A stretch of DNA of 124,000 nucleotides from Octopus vulgaris. Taxonomy: Eukaryota. The notes below the pieces were generated by a model. The model did not search any database. It worked only from the letters and a program-made list of their open reading frames with translations, and was not told where the DNA came from. Position 1 is the first letter of the stretch. Every line of letters begins with the position of its first letter. The stretch is from assembly GCA_951406725.2 (NCBI GenBank), contig OX597823.1, forward strand, positions 26,184,001 to 26,308,000, read 5' to 3'. Both the position numbers and the translations under genes were made by a program. Of this stretch, positions 97,501-112,039 are shown in pieces.

Positions 97501-99945
97501 AAGCTACATACACTCAATACTATTCCCCACTCCCAGCTGAGGGTTTTTTTTATGTTGCAAGGTACTTGATGACAGTGTCAGTGTTGGTGCCACATTAAAA
97601 GCACTGGTGCTGGTGCAACGTAAAAAAAGTACCCAACACGCTCTGTAAAGTTGTTGGCATTAGGAAGAGTATCTAACTGGGGAAACCCTACCAAAATGGA
97701 CAATGGAACCTGGCATGACTCCTAGCCTTGTTAGCTGCTGTCAACCCATCCAATCCATACCTGCATGGTAAAAGGATGTGAAATAATGATGGTGATAACA
97801 AAACAATGAAAAGCAAAGTTTACCACAGAAAGAATTGAACTCAAGACCTAAAGGGTCGTAATTAAATATCATAATTAACTGCTGCAAGTATTTTTATTGA
97901 CCATGCTACTAATTCTGTGAACCCATCACCCTTTTTGTTAATGACAAGAAAATAAAGAGAAACATGAAGTCAAAACTCCAACGAGCCACTTGTTATTTGT
98001 CAGAAGTCTATTAATTGGTCAGTTAATGATGGTATGTAAGGAGAGTCACAAGAATTGATAGTTTAATAATGGTAATGATTGGTACAAATCACATTGGAAA
98101 TAAAAGAGAAAAGATGTATGTTGGTTAGAGCCATGAGACAAAGGATGGTTTTCTTTGGAGAAGTATATGTACAAGTGTACCTATACATTAAAAGAATTAA
98201 CACTAAACTGTTGTACTTTATGTAAATGCTGCTTTTGAATTATCTTATTTCTAAAGAATTCTATTTTCCTACACCAATAAATGTGCAATCTTGTTCATAC
98301 AGTCATCTTTCCATTAAAACTTTAGCAAGTACAGTTCATATTGACCAAGTATGTCCAGAATTTACCACTCACATTTTTTGAAAAAAATGAATGTAATATT
98401 ACTCATTCTCTAATACTGTGTTTGACTCAGAACATATTTATTTGCATCTAAATTTTTAATGTAGCATCCATTAAACATGTTAACACTTGCTTTCATATCA
98501 ATGGTTAGTCTACAAATTAAGTATCAGTGCAGTTAGTCTATCTTTGTATTAAATATGTTAACACTTACATACTACTTATCAGTAGTACCTGTTACCACCC
98601 TCAATGCCCTCTCATATCTAATGTAAACCCTTACAACAGGTAAACCAATGGCAAAATCTCTGCAAGAAATAGCAGCCAAATCACATATCCAAGCATCTTT
98701 GAAAAAAGGAAGTATAAATCATTGGTTTTTGAGTCATATGAGATTTATCACTAATCTTATCAAACAAAGCTTTCTTCAATTTGATAGAGGTGTTCCAGTA
98801 TGGCCATGGCCATGATGATCAAAATAAAGTGAAGAGTTAATTTTGTTTATTTGTGGATATATAAAAATAATTTCATTTCCTTGTTAAAATGCTTCTTTAG
98901 ATTAGCTTCATTGAACTTCAATGAGAATTAAAACAATGGCCGTCTTATTTTAGGTAGAATTTAGGTCAAGGCTATACAAAGATTCCAAATTTTGAGTGGT
99001 CTGACATTGTTTCTCATTTTAATTACAAAAATTTTTCAGGACTTCTCAGAGTATAAAAAAATTTGTCTTATTTTACATTTTCAGATGCCCTGAAAAAATA
99101 GTGGGTCATATACCCTATGATATACCCTATCATCCCCTTCCTTAATTAAACAGTAAAAAAAAAAAACAAAAAAACTTTGCTGTTCCTTAAGTCACATCCT
99201 ACTGGCTTGAAAAAGGAAAGACACATTGAATAATGTAATCCAGGATACACTATTCCGGAAAAAAAAAACTCATTAAAATATTGCAATATAATCATAGCTG
99301 GAACTCCTTTGATCATAGATCAGCTCTGTCAGGGTTGACTTGGGGCTAAACAACAACAAAAACACGATATTGGTAATAATGTCCATCAGTCTTAACAATA
99401 AGTATTCAATTGTTCAACTAACTGAATTCTTACTTGTGAAATTTATATGTAAGTGGTTGAGTATTCCAAAAGCACATGTCCTCCCTTAGTGTAATTCTCT
99501 GGCTAAATCAGCATGACACAATGTGGTAAAGCTGGGCTGGATCTTTGAATTAAAAGAAAGAGAAGAGAATAATTAATTCCAGTGTTCAACTGATACTTTA
99601 ATTCACAGCCCTAGAAGAATAACAGGCAAGGTCGACCTTGGTGGGATTTGAACTGGAATATATATTTCCTTGGATGTTGTGGACAAGGCTGTATATTACA
99701 TGCAATGCTTTAATAATTCTGTCAGTTTCTATGTTATAAGTTAGTAAATATTATTTAGATTGTCCTGAATGAGCCAGTGCGGCTAGAACTGATTGAGTAT
99801 CAGGGTGATAACCACAAAGCCAACAGTTCAAAGGCTATCATTAGTTCTTATGGCCCCCTCAACTGGTTTCCATGTGTCCTCTGGAGGTCCATATAAGATT
99901 TTGTTATTGAAATTTTTCTGCAATAAATTGGTTATACTCTAACAG

Positions 99946-100181
99946 TACTCTTTTACTTGTTCCAGTCATTTGACTGTGGCCATGCTGGAGCACTGTCTTT
100001 AGTCGAGCAAATCGACCGCAGGACTTATACTTTGTAAGCCTAGTACTTATCCTATTGGTCTCTTTTGCCGAACTACTAAGTTACGGGGACGTAAACACAC
100101 CAGCATTGGTTGTCAAGCAATGTTGGGGGGACAAACACAGATACACAAACATATACACAGACACACACACACATGCGCGCG

Positions 100182-100212
<31 letters not shown>

Positions 100213-100375
100213 GACGGGCTTCTTTCAGTTTCTATCTACCAAATCTACTCACAAGGCTTTGGTTGGCCCTGAGGCTATAGTAGAAGACACTTGCCCAAGG
100301 TGCCACGCAGTGGGACTGAGCCCGGAACCATGTGGTTGGTAAGCAAGCTACTTACCACACAGCCACTCCTATGCC
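99946..100375 (-). mobile_element. Major tRNA-derived SINE (family S1), young full-length copy
   Basis: Head gtggctgtgtggtaagtagcttgcttaccaaccacatggttccgggctcagtccc, body ccttgggcaagtgtcttc, internal microsatellite, tail ccagcatggccacagtcaaatgactg..acaagtaaaagagt. Confidence 0.85.
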
Positions 100376-101298
100376 TACGTACATAAAATATTTTTGATAG
100401 TTTATACAATTCCTAGTAAAATTTAATTATAAAAATACAGGGTTTTTTTTTAATATATATTGATCAGATTGGAACCTGGTACAGCCTCCTGGCTTGCCAG
100501 TCCTCAGTCAAACTGTCCAACCCATGCCAGCATGGAAAGTGGACATTAAACGATGATGATAATGATGATGATGATGATTGAATGGCTATGGAGACCCCAA
100601 AGAGTAAAATAGGAATGAAAGGGGGCCCATAAGCAAAACATGGTTGAGAACCAGTGATCTATGTTATGGAAGCATTTCATTCTTGAAAATCTTGCTGTAA
100701 CATAGAATTCTATAATGCATAACCTATTCCATTGATTCCATGTTATGTGGAAGTCCAGGAACAAGGAAATCAATGGCAAAATATCTCTTATGTTACCAAA
100801 TTCCATGTTGTGGCAGGATTTCTAAGCATGCAACATTTCCATAATACAGGTGATAGCTGTGCTTGGATGGCCACAAATGGAATGTTCTTGATGCTTGGTC
100901 AGCTCTATCAGAATTGGTTTGGGGCTAAACAATAGCATCAGTCACAACACACATCTGCTTGAAGTGACACAGTCGAGGCAGGTTACTTATTCTTGATTTG
101001 AAATTTAATAATTATTTCTAAGAGTTTGTTGATTAACTAATGTTTAAGTATGGAGGTTTCTCTCATAAATTCTATTTATTCAGTACACAGCATTTGGACA
101101 AGTGGGGCCTCTATTGAGGTTTTATTAATGATTTGCTTTGTTCTGTTTTTCTCTCCACCTTCTCACCTCTTTATTTGATGCTTTGATACCCTTTCTCCTC
101201 TGTTTTTCTTCTTTTATACCTATCTCTCCTCCTGCTTCCCTCTGCCTCCATCTCTCTGACTATCTGTCTCTCTATCTTTGTCTGACTATCTGTCAGCC

Positions 101299-101334
<36 letters not shown>

Positions 101335-101689
101335 CCAAACACCCTTTTGAGTGAACATACCAAATTCATACACATACTACAAGTGAGGAAACCTCTATGT
101401 GGTTGTTCTGTCTACTAGAAATAGCAACTAAATCCTCTCTATTATCTAAAACAAGAATAAAATAGGGACGTGTTGGAAAATGTAGTCTTAGATACCTTTA
101501 AAAAAAAAAGGTGGTGGCCACTACTGAAATGCTTTTGATCATAGGTCTGCCTAGTCATGACCGAACTGGGGTTACACAACAAAAACTATACATTATTATC
101601 ACCAAGATTGTGACCACCACCATAAGCTATAATTTTAAATGGTTTATGGTATTTTGTACCACTGCCACGTTGCTGCTGCCACCACCACA

Positions 101690-101830
101690 ACTACTGTCAC
101701 CACTGCCACCACCACCACTGCCACCGCCACTGCCGCCGCCACCACCGCCACCACCACTACCGCCACCATCACCGCCGCCGCCGCCGCCACCACCACCACC
101801 ACCACCACCGCTACCACCATCATCACCACA
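101690..101830. repeat. GC-rich (CCA/CCG)n compound microsatellite
   Basis: Direct reading; it produces the poly-P and poly-G ORFs in the track. Confidence 0.9.
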
Positions 101831-102294
101831 GCTATAAGCTATGCTTCTGAATTTTAAATATTTTCGATAAATCTTGTAGTTCCTGTTTTGGGAATATTTT
101901 TTTTCTTCCACAGAATCTCTGAGATGAGTCATAGGCAATAAACGACCTACCACAGTGGTACATAGGGAGCTGCACTGTTGCTCTGTAGGCGAAGAACACT
102001 GCTAACAACATCTGGAAGAAGTCATGTAAAATGACCACCAGGAAAGGAGCATCTCACATCTTTCAAATCATAGCTAGCTCTTCTTGCCTCTTGCTAAGAT
102101 GGTTTCACACTGCCTTTCCAAATTCAGTTTGACTTCTGAACTAAGCAGTGAGGGAAGCTTCATTTACTTTTTTACTATTTTACTTTACTTGGAAACAGGT
102201 GGGGGTTTCCACGTAAAGGTGGGCATCCAATCAGAGATAATCTGCCTCATCAAATTTCATCTGACCTGTGCAAACATAAAAAAGCAGATGTTAA

Positions 102295-102343
102295 AAATGA
102301 TGATGATGGTGGTGGTGGTGGTGGTGGTGGTGATGTTGTTGTT

Positions 102344-102418
<75 letters not shown>

Positions 102419-102450
102419 GGTGGTGGTGGTGGTGGTGGTGGTGGTGGTGT
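102295..102450. repeat. Compound (GAT)(GGT)(GTT)(GGT)n microsatellite
   Basis: Direct reading. Confidence 0.9.
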
Positions 102451-102696
102451 CTGCATTCATTGAACTGTGGCCATATTAGGGCAACACCTTCACAAGATTA
102501 AAGTGGGCCAACTACCAGATATAATCTTTTGCTATTTTCATTGTTGGAGCAACACCTTGCAAAGTTTAAAGTGGGAAGACTACAAATAAGCTACAAATAT
102601 ACTCTTACCATTTTCAGTCATTGGACTGTGGTCATACTGGGGCAACAGCTTCAAAACCCAATATATACTCTTTTACTGCCTTCAATTATTGGATTA

Positions 102697-102895
102697 TACT
102701 CTTTACTTGTTTCATTCATTTGACTGTGGCCATGCTGGAGCACTGCCTTTTAGTCGAGCAAATCAACCCCAGGACTTATTCTTTGTAAGCCTAGTACTTA
102801 TTCTATTGGTCTCTTTTGCTGAACTGCTAAGTTACGAGGATGTAAACACACCGGCATTGGTTGTGTTGGGACAAACACAGACACACAAACATATA

Positions 102896-102969
<74 letters not shown>

Positions 102970-103144
102970 CATACATATATATGACGGGCTTCTTTCAGTT
103001 TCTATCTACCAAATCCACTCACAAGGCTTTGATCGGCCCTAGGCTATAGTAGAAGATGCTTGCCCAAAGTGCCACACAGTAGGACTGAACCTGGAACCGT
103101 GTGGTTGGTAAGCAAGCTACTTACCACACAGCCACTCCTGTGCC
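102697..103144 (-). mobile_element. SINE S1 full-length copy
   Basis: High similarity to 99946-100375. Confidence 0.85.
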
Positions 103145-103167
103145 TATAAAAATAAATGTTCTTTCTC

Positions 103168-103403
103168 TAGCCATGCCAGGCTTATAAGGGCTGGTTTCCC
103201 GGTTTCAGTGGCGTAGAAATTCCCCACCTGGATGGGATGCCGGTCTGTTGCAGGATTACTCACTTTTGCCAGTTGAGTGGACTGGAGCAACATGAAATGA
103301 AGTGTTTTGCTCAAGAACACAACACATCGCCCACTCCAGGAATTGAAACCACAACCTTACGATCATGAGTTCAACACGCTAACCACTAAGCCACGCGCCT
103401 CCA
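103168..103403 (-). mobile_element. Third tRNA-derived SINE (S3) with a Deu/Nin-like core
   Basis: Head ggaggcgcgtggcttagtggttagcgtgttg, core ttgagcaaaacacttcatttcatgttgctccagtccactcaactg. Partial copies at ~58655-58800 and 123630-123770. Confidence 0.7.
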
Positions 103404-103538
103404 CATGTCTATTCTAGAGCAGCAACTTCAAGAGCAAACAGCATACTCTTGCCTTGTTTTCACTCATGAGACTGTGGCCATATTAAAGCAAAGCCTTTGA
103501 TGTCATAGTCAATTATATTAACCCCAGTTTTTGTAGAC

Positions 103539-103757
103539 TAGTGGTTTTCAACCAGGATTCCGCAGAACCTTAGAGTTCCACCAGTACAGTCCAGGGGTTC
103601 CGCAAGAAGTTACAAAACTGCTAAAATCGGCAGTAATTTTTAATTCTCCTGTGCAGATATGTGTGCATAAGACTATTAAATTATTGCACAGGAGTTCCTC
103701 GAGCCAGTGGAATGTTTCCTTGGGGTTCCGCTCCAGCAAAAAGTTTGAAAAGCACTG
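103539..103757. mobile_element. hAT MITE with perfect 8-bp TSD
   Basis: TIRs tagtggttttcaac / gtttgaaaagcactg; TSD TTGTAGAC at 103531-38 and 103758-65. Confidence 0.85.
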
Positions 103758-104673
103758 TTGTAGACCATAGTTTTTATTTTACCAAAGTCAACCTTTGATA
103801 GATGCTACCAAGTGCAGTTGCTCAACCAGCTTAGTTACCTCAATATATCAAGTATTTAATATTCTGCAGTTTAGTGATTATCCCAATTATTTCAGCATCA
103901 TTGAAATACATTGTTTCTCTTTAGTCTTCATTCTCTGGTGCAAAAAATGTAAATAAAATAAAATAAAATAAAATAAAATAAAATTCAATAAAAACAAAGC
104001 AAGAACAAAAAGAAGCATCAACAAGCAATCCACACTAACAAACATGGTTGATAAGAACTTGTGCAGATTCTATCAATTTGTTTGCTCATGAAGGAAGGCA
104101 AAGAATAGAACGCTATGAAGCTGGAAAGGGAATAAGAGAAAAAGGAAAAAAAAAGAAAAAAAAAAAGAGAAGCAGACAAGAAAATCAAAAACAAACCAAA
104201 ACAAACTAAACAACAAGCATTTAAAACAAATGTACACATATCAAAAAAAAAAAAAATAAAATAAAACCACAATGAGTTAACATGTTCTGAAGATTGAGAA
104301 AGCTGAAAGTGAGTCAGCAGTCTAAAGAAGCTGATCGCTGTTACAGTGAAAAAGATTCCAAAATCAATGGAAGTTCTGCAAGTATTTTCAGAGGATGACC
104401 TGGATCTCCAGTGCAACAACATTTGCAATCCGGACTGACTGCAAGCAAGGTGATTCATTTCTGCTGATTCCATAAAGAAGAGTATTCGAAACTGTTGAAG
104501 CTCAGTTTTGTTGTAGTTTGGGCCATTCTTGCAAGCGGCAACAGCACCAGTAGCAGAAGCCAGCTCTTGCTCTATTTCCTCTTTTCCCATCTATTTCATT
104601 CTCTCTCCTTCTAAAATCAAAATCATTGTCAGTTTTCAGACTTTTTCTCTCTCTCTCACCTTTATTATCACCA

Positions 104674-104674
<1 letters not shown>

Positions 104675-104704
<30 letters not shown>

Positions 104705-104861
104705 CTTCTTCTTCTTCTTCTTCTTCTTCTTCTTCTTCTTCTTCTTCTCCTCCTCCTCCTCCTCCTCTTCCGCCTCTTCCCCCTCCTCCTTCCTCATCCT
104801 CTTCCTTCTTTTCATTCACCTTTTTATTTCTTGGGTACACTTTTTCCTTAATTTAGACAAT

Positions 104862-104925
<64 letters not shown>
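104675..104925. repeat. (TTC)n(TCC)n and (CA)n microsatellites
   Basis: Direct reading. Confidence 0.9.
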
Positions 104926-104928
<3 letters not shown>

Positions 104929-105086
104929 ACCTGTATATCTGGTTCTTCTTGTTTCTCAATTTTCCTGTATTTTCTATCCATTATGGCAGATGCTATAATT
105001 AAAATCCTTCTTTCCCCGAATATGTATCCTTCTGGAATCATTTTCTCTGTCCATGCTTTACTTCTAAACACTATCCCTACCCCATA

Positions 105087-105134
<48 letters not shown>

Positions 105135-105217
105135 CATTTGTGTAGAAATACACATATACATATGTACATATATGTATATGTACATATGTATATACATATG
105201 TGCATATATATCACTTT

Positions 105218-105696
105218 TACTCTTTTACTTGTTTCAGTCACTTGACTATGGCCATGCTGGAGCACTGCCTTTAGTCGAGCAAATCGACCCCAGGACTTAT
105301 TCTTTGTAAGCTTAGTACTTACACTATCGGTCTCTTTTGCCGAACTGCTAAGTTACGGGAACATAAACACACCAGCATTGGTTGTCAAGCGACGTTGGGG
105401 GGACAAGCACAGATACACAAACATATACACACACACACACATACATACATACATAAATACATATATACATACATACATACATACATACATACATTTATAT
105501 ATGTATATACATATATACATATATATATTTATACGATGGGCTTCTTTCAGTTTCTGACTACCAAATCCACTCACAAGGCTTCGGTCGGCCCGAGGCTATA
105601 GTAGAAGGCACTTGCCCAAGGTACCACACAGTGGGACTGAACCCAGAACCATGTGGTTGGTAAGCAAGCTACTTACCACACAACCACTTCTACACC
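105218..105696 (-). mobile_element. SINE S1 full-length copy
   Basis: High similarity to 99946-100375. Confidence 0.85.
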
Positions 105697-105766
105697 CCTA
105701 TATATATATATATATATATACATACATACATACATATATAAATATATATACAAATATATATATATG

Positions 105767-105828
<62 letters not shown>

Positions 105829-106024
105829 TAATAATTATTTGAGGGAATATTAATCCAAACTTACAGGGAAAAAAATTCAATTTAGAAATACTAAATCAAA
105901 TTTCACACAATATAATATAAAAAATTAGAAAAAAAACACCTTTTATCAATTCATTATAAGTAATTTTCTAGATGGTGTAATAATTGTTCATTTTGAATTG
106001 ATAAAAGGTGGTTTTTTTCTAATT

Positions 106025-106058
<34 letters not shown>

Positions 106059-106574
106059 GTACATATATGTATATGCACATATATGTATATGTACATATGC
106101 GTGCGCACACACACACATACACACACAGAAACATAGCAGCGTGGTTTAGAAATTCTCTTTGCAACCATGTGGTTTTGGGGTTTTGCTCCTGCTGCATGGT
106201 ACAGTGGGCACATGCCTTGGGCTGACTAATGCTTTGTAAGCTAAATTGGTAGATAGACACTTTACAGAAGCCAGTTCATTTCGTGTGTGTGTGTCTAATG
106301 TGCATTTATTAATGATAGCTTTGCCTATGTTTGAGCCTCAGTGAGAAATTATGTGTCAGCCCATGATTCACCACAACAACAAATATGAAAGGAAAAGAAG
106401 TGAAAAATTGAAAGTGTGGTGCCTGAACTCACAATTTTTGAAAGCTTGTCTTCCATCTTTGAAATAACTCCTCAAGTTGCTGCATCCAGAAATTTGTTCC
106501 ATTTATTAATTAAAATCCCTGGAAGTAGTGACTCACTTTGACTCCTGTTCTGTGACTGAAACCAGTGAAAATAA

Positions 106575-106865
106575 ATGTATGCATGTATGTATGTATGCAT
106601 GTATGTATGTATGTATGTATGTATGTATGTATGTATGTATGTATGTATGTATGTATGTATGTATGTATGTATGTATGTATGTATGTATGTATGTATGTAT
106701 GTATGTATGTGTGTGTATGTATGCATTATGTGTGTATGTATGTACGTATGTATGTATGTGTGTATGTATGTACGTACGTATGTATGTATATGTGTATGTA
106801 TGTATGTATGTATGTGTGTAGGTATGCACGTACATACATATGTACACGTATGTATGTGTGTGTGT
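106575..106865. repeat. (ATGT)n tetranucleotide array
   Basis: Direct reading; a similar array lies at 120608-120780. Confidence 0.9.
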
Positions 106866-107559
106866 GTGAATGTGTCTGGGTGTGGGTATGTGTAAGTATA
106901 CAGGCATTTACTTTTACTAGTCTATCAACAGTGTGTATACATTAAGTATGATACATAGGTGGTAGTTTTAATTAAATACTGCCTTAATTGCATATACCAG
107001 AATTATATTTTCAGCATCAGTGTATATATTATTCATTTTTTTCCTATATCAGAGACAAGGAATTCTCATCCAAACAAGAGGCTGGCTGTAAGTGTGCATC
107101 ATTGATAAAGCCCAAAGAAGCCAAAATGCATCAGGTGCTCACACAAGCTGCTGCTGAGATGAACTTCTAGATATTTATTGTGTTTTTAACAAAGCAAGTC
107201 CATAAGACATGCTATCTCAAGAACAAACTGCAGTAACTGGTCAGTAGACAGCGTGTACAGGATTAAGTATGGTACATAGACTGCGCTTTTGTATGCGTGC
107301 GTGCATGTGTGTGTGTATATGCATACATAGATTTCCCCTTTTTTGGTGGGGTTCATTGGTACATCATGCTACCTGGTTTAACACCACCACCTGGCCCAGG
107401 GGTGCTTAAATTTGCTTCAAACTGCCAATCCTGTTCCTTTCATTGCTCTGAAATATTACAACTCAGAGCTTGCCCCTATACTTACCAAAATCTTCAAGCC
107501 CTCCTGTTTTTTACAGAATCTATACTGATCTTTGAAAACACACTTCACTGTTTCCCTTT

Positions 107560-108200
107560 TCCGATCCTACCAGCTATCCATTCTATTACTCTCACCTCCA
107601 ACATCTCCAAGGTAATAGGGACAGCCACTAACAATAATGTTTGTCAACACCTTGAACCTTTCTTTCCCCATTACTGTCACTAGTATGGCTTCAGTAGAGC
107701 TACATCCTCTGGAGTGACCTCATACTCTTATATCACCTACCAGCGGGCTCCCACTGATGAAAAATTCAGTGCCAGCAAAGCTCTTGACTGTATCTACTAT
107801 GGGAATTTCCTATTGAAATTTTCTTCCAAACAAGCTGTATCTGCCTCTTTTCTCTTGGATTGGTACCTTTTTGTCTAATCACACCATCATAATATGTGTT
107901 GACAGTATTTTCTATCTCATGTTCAATCAACTCTGGTGTGTCCCAGCTTTCAGTGTTGTCCTCCACTCCCTTCCTTCAATATATACTGATCTTCTTACCA
108001 TCACATCTAATAGCATCCACTCTTATATAGATGATGCAATCCTTCATTCCTTTCTAATCTTCTCCAACCACACATCATCCAAGCATAATCTAAACACTAT
108101 ATGTTAAACCTTTACTGATTCAATGAAGCGAGACCTAAAGAACATCTTCTGGCCAGGCCATACAAACCTTGTTTTTTTTCAACAGCACAAAAAAAAAAAA
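107560..108200 (+). mobile_element. Degraded Jockey/CR1-group LINE RT domain
   Basis: LTSNISKV, QYGF, SKALDC, NSGVPQ and HSYIDD (YxDD at ~108024-108035) motifs, with frameshifts. Confidence 0.65.
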
Positions 108201-111200
108201 AATTACCCCAAAACACAAGCACTACTTGTATCAAGGAAACATTGTCATACCACACTCCTCTTCAATGTAAGTAGCACTCAACTATTTATATATCCATATT
108301 GTCAGCTATTTGTTTTGAAAATTTTGTTTCAGACTGCAACGTTGGTGATTCCCAAAGTCTACCGTTTAAAACAGAAATCCAAAGAAAGGTTTGGATAAAA
108401 GGAATAATAATAAATGAGTTACAGGATGATGATGCTTATTTTAAAATTCTGTTGTTCAATAATTTTGTGCTCATAGACTTGCACTTCCCTAATACAAAAT
108501 TACTTAAATTTGCTGTAAATAATGATGGTGGAGCACCACTTGAAAATGTCTTCATTTTTGTGTTGATGTCACGTTAAAAGCACTGGTGCTAATGCCACAT
108601 TAAAAGCACTGGTGCAGGTGCTACATTAAAAGCATTCATACCAGTGCCATGTTAAAAGCACTGGGGCTGGTGCCACATAAAAAGTGCCCAGTACACTCTG
108701 TGGAATGCTTGACATTTGGAAGGACATCCAAATGTAGAAACCAAGCTAGAACAGACAATGGAGCCTGGTGTGACTCCCGGCCTTACCAGCTCCAGTCAAA
108801 CCGTCCAACCCATGCAAGAATGGACAATGGATGTTAGATGGTAATGATGATGATGATATTATTGCTAAAGTGTTATCATAATTGAATTATTTAAAGTTAT
108901 TTTACCTGATATCTATGCATTTGATGTAGAGCTTGATCTGTTAGATATTGCAGCAGAATCTCCCTTTGACCACGCCCGCCTTACTTAAACAACAACACAA
109001 CCATGGACAACAACAACAAAAAATCTTAAACAATCTGAATCAATCAAATCCTCCCACATTAAATAACAATTGCACAATAATAATTTAACAACAAAAACAC
109101 AAGCATGAACAACAATAACAGAATAAAAAAAAATTGTAATTAAAAAATAAGACGTATGACAAACAAACAATGACATGAACAACAATGCAAAACAAATTAG
109201 CAATAACACAAATAGAAGTAAACAAAGAACGAATAGATACAAAGAAGGAGACAGGAAGTATACAAGACTGGTGGTTAGTAGTCTGATTTGATTGAGAAGG
109301 GATCACAGACGACATGATGAAGTATTAAAAATTGACCTTAAAAGTCAAATTTTTATGAAACTATAATAAAACTAGATTTTACTATTCATTTTAGACTGGA
109401 CAGAAAGGTTGATGGAGTAAAATTTACATAGTGTTATACTAATATTTAATTGTCTCTTTCTCCATTATTTATTTGCCTGTATCAATGTTGAAAAGAAAAA
109501 AATAATGAAAACAGCTGCCCTGAAGAAGATGAATGAATAAACTCTGTTTTGAGAATATCATAATCATCGTTGACAGCATCAGCAGCGTTGGCATCAGTGT
109601 CATTGGTTAATGTCAATGATTCATGCTTGTGTGGGTTGGATAGTGTGACAGGATCTGATAAGTCCAAGGACTGTATCATGTGTCTGCTTTGATATGGTTT
109701 CTTTGACTGGATGCCCCTTCTAAAACCAACGACTTTACAATATACACTGGGTACTTTTTTCCATTCCACTGGTACTACTGAAGTGACCAGGCAGCTTGCA
109801 AGACTATGACACCTGAGGTGATGGATAGGGATAGCATTAGGTGAGGAGATGAGAGATTAAAGTATGAGAGAAGGCAGATGGCAAGCAAGTTCTTTACAGG
109901 AGCTACATGGCTACTCCCATTTCAAAAGGAAGGTGAAAATGCTCAATAGGGAGCTGCAAAATGATAAATATAAATAATGATGATGAGGTACTGAGGTGGT
110001 TTCTCAAGGTTCGTAGAGAGTAGAAGTGAGTGGGAACAAAGGAGCTAGGAATGTGTTTTATATGCATGGTGTTAGGAAGGGCATCCAGCCATAGAAACCA
110101 TACCAAATCAGACTGGAGTCTAGTGAAGTCCCTCGAGTTGCCACCCCTGGTCAAACCGTCCAACCCATGGATGTTAACTGATGATGATGATGATGTATAT
110201 AGTATATATCATCAGTTTGCATCCACTTTCCATGCTGGCACGGCTTGGATGAGTTTTTATGTCCTGAGTCTATTATATTTAAAGTTATTTCTTTCCTAGA
110301 AACATTGGAGGATCATGTCTTGCTCATACAGTTCATTTTTGGTTTGTACCAGGTACATTTTTTATTATGATTTTGACATTAGTGGGAATGCCTTGCATCA
110401 TATAAAGCTTGAGTGTTCTCACTGCTCTATGATGTCATCATACACTCATAGTGATGTATCCAAGAATGTGAATAGAAGAGAGGGTGACTGAAGGTGGTTG
110501 GTGGTGGTTCAGGGTAAGAGTGAGTGATGGATCTCAGAAGCAAGTGGTTCAGGAGAGATGAAGTGATGACTGACAATACTGAAAGAGTAAAGGGAGGTAA
110601 TATTGGGTCCTGCCTTCATGAATTGCACCAACAGAATAATAGTACAGCAACTAGAAAGAGAGAATTGATGGAGGGAAGATGAATGAAGGACAGAAGAATG
110701 AATCAGTGACATGAGTAATTGGGAGATGAGTGATATAAAGACAAAAGTGTATGAAAGAGTGGAGAGTTGGTGGGTGTTGGCTTGACAAGTATATATCAGG
110801 TGAGAGACCCAAATATGTGCACAGACATATATATGTACACATATTATGCCATTCTATCTCCATCACTACCATAATTTTCAACATTGGTTTCTCCATGCTT
110901 GCATAGATGGTTGGGTCTTCTGCAACGCTTCACATCTCCAACTAATATGGTTCTTTGTTATTTCTTCAATGAGGTTCAGCATCATGAAATCTACCTCAAT
111001 TCATTGCATATGTCCCTGAGTCTTCCTCTTCCTTAGGTTCTACCTAATTTCAACACCCTGCAGCTGTTAACTTCCATATGCATCACATCTTTATACTAAA
111101 TCCTAGGGCAGTCTTCTTTTTCATATGCTACATTAGATTCCTTGTATATGCAATTTTTCTAATTTCATTTGAATTAGATTGTTCTTACACACTAAAATTA

Positions 111201-111614
111201 TACATTCAGCCAGGCATGCTGGCTTCGTTTCTTTGTAGTCATTGTAGGCCCCTTGCATACAGAGTTTATTTCTTACTCCCTTGCAGTTCATACACAAATT
111301 TCATACAATCTGCCTTTTACACTGAGAGAAACAATGTTACCAACAGCAAAAGCAATAGCTTCCTGATCTCTCCAGCTTGTTCTTACTCTGACTACTACAG
111401 TTTGGGAGCAACCACATCTACTGATAATTATGTTACTTATATATCAGTAGTTATCAGCTATTTTTAAATCGTAGGGAACCTTCTGGGCATTTGAGAGAAT
111501 GTATTTCCTGTGTACTCTTAGTGTCTGTTGCCTCTGTACATTTGTCACATGAAAAGATTGCTTTCTCCATTAATCTGCCTGTGATTCCACAGCACCTCAT
111601 AGTTATAGAAACAG

Positions 111615-111726
111615 CGATTAGGAAGAGAATTAGCCTAGATTAGATGCAATTTGGCTTTGTGCCAGGAAGAAGTACTACCAAAGCCAGCTTCCTAGTGAGA
111701 AAACTGCAAGAGAAGTACTTAGCTAA
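111615..111726 (+). mobile_element. Short RTE RT fragment
   Basis: MQFGFVPGRSTTKASFLVRKLQEKYL. Confidence 0.7.
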
Positions 111727-112039
111727 TGTGTGTGCATGTGTGTGTGTGAATAGTAGCCAAATTTCCCTCAAATCACACTCACCTATCTTACAAAAGGAGA
111801 GAACACATTGGACAATGCAGTTCTAAATATACAAAAAGATGAGATTACATACATATGATATGCAACAAAAGAATACAACAATGTTGTGCATAACAGTCTT
111901 CCTTTATTAAAAAAATAGGATTGACTCATTCATTTTGCTCAAGGGAACTATTTTCTGTTGTTTTTTTATTTTTGTTCTTTTTATTTTTGGTTTCGAATTG
112001 TTACAGACAAGTAAATAATAATAATAAAGCAAATAGAAC

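Noticed and set aside
101511-102479. Poly-P, poly-G, poly-T and poly-N ORFs
   Set aside because: They are trinucleotide microsatellites without splice or coding context.
104018-105002. 190-aa and 157-aa ORFs and poly-E, poly-F and poly-S ORFs
   Set aside because: They derive from poly-A/T, (TTC)n and (CA)n microsatellites and have no domain content.
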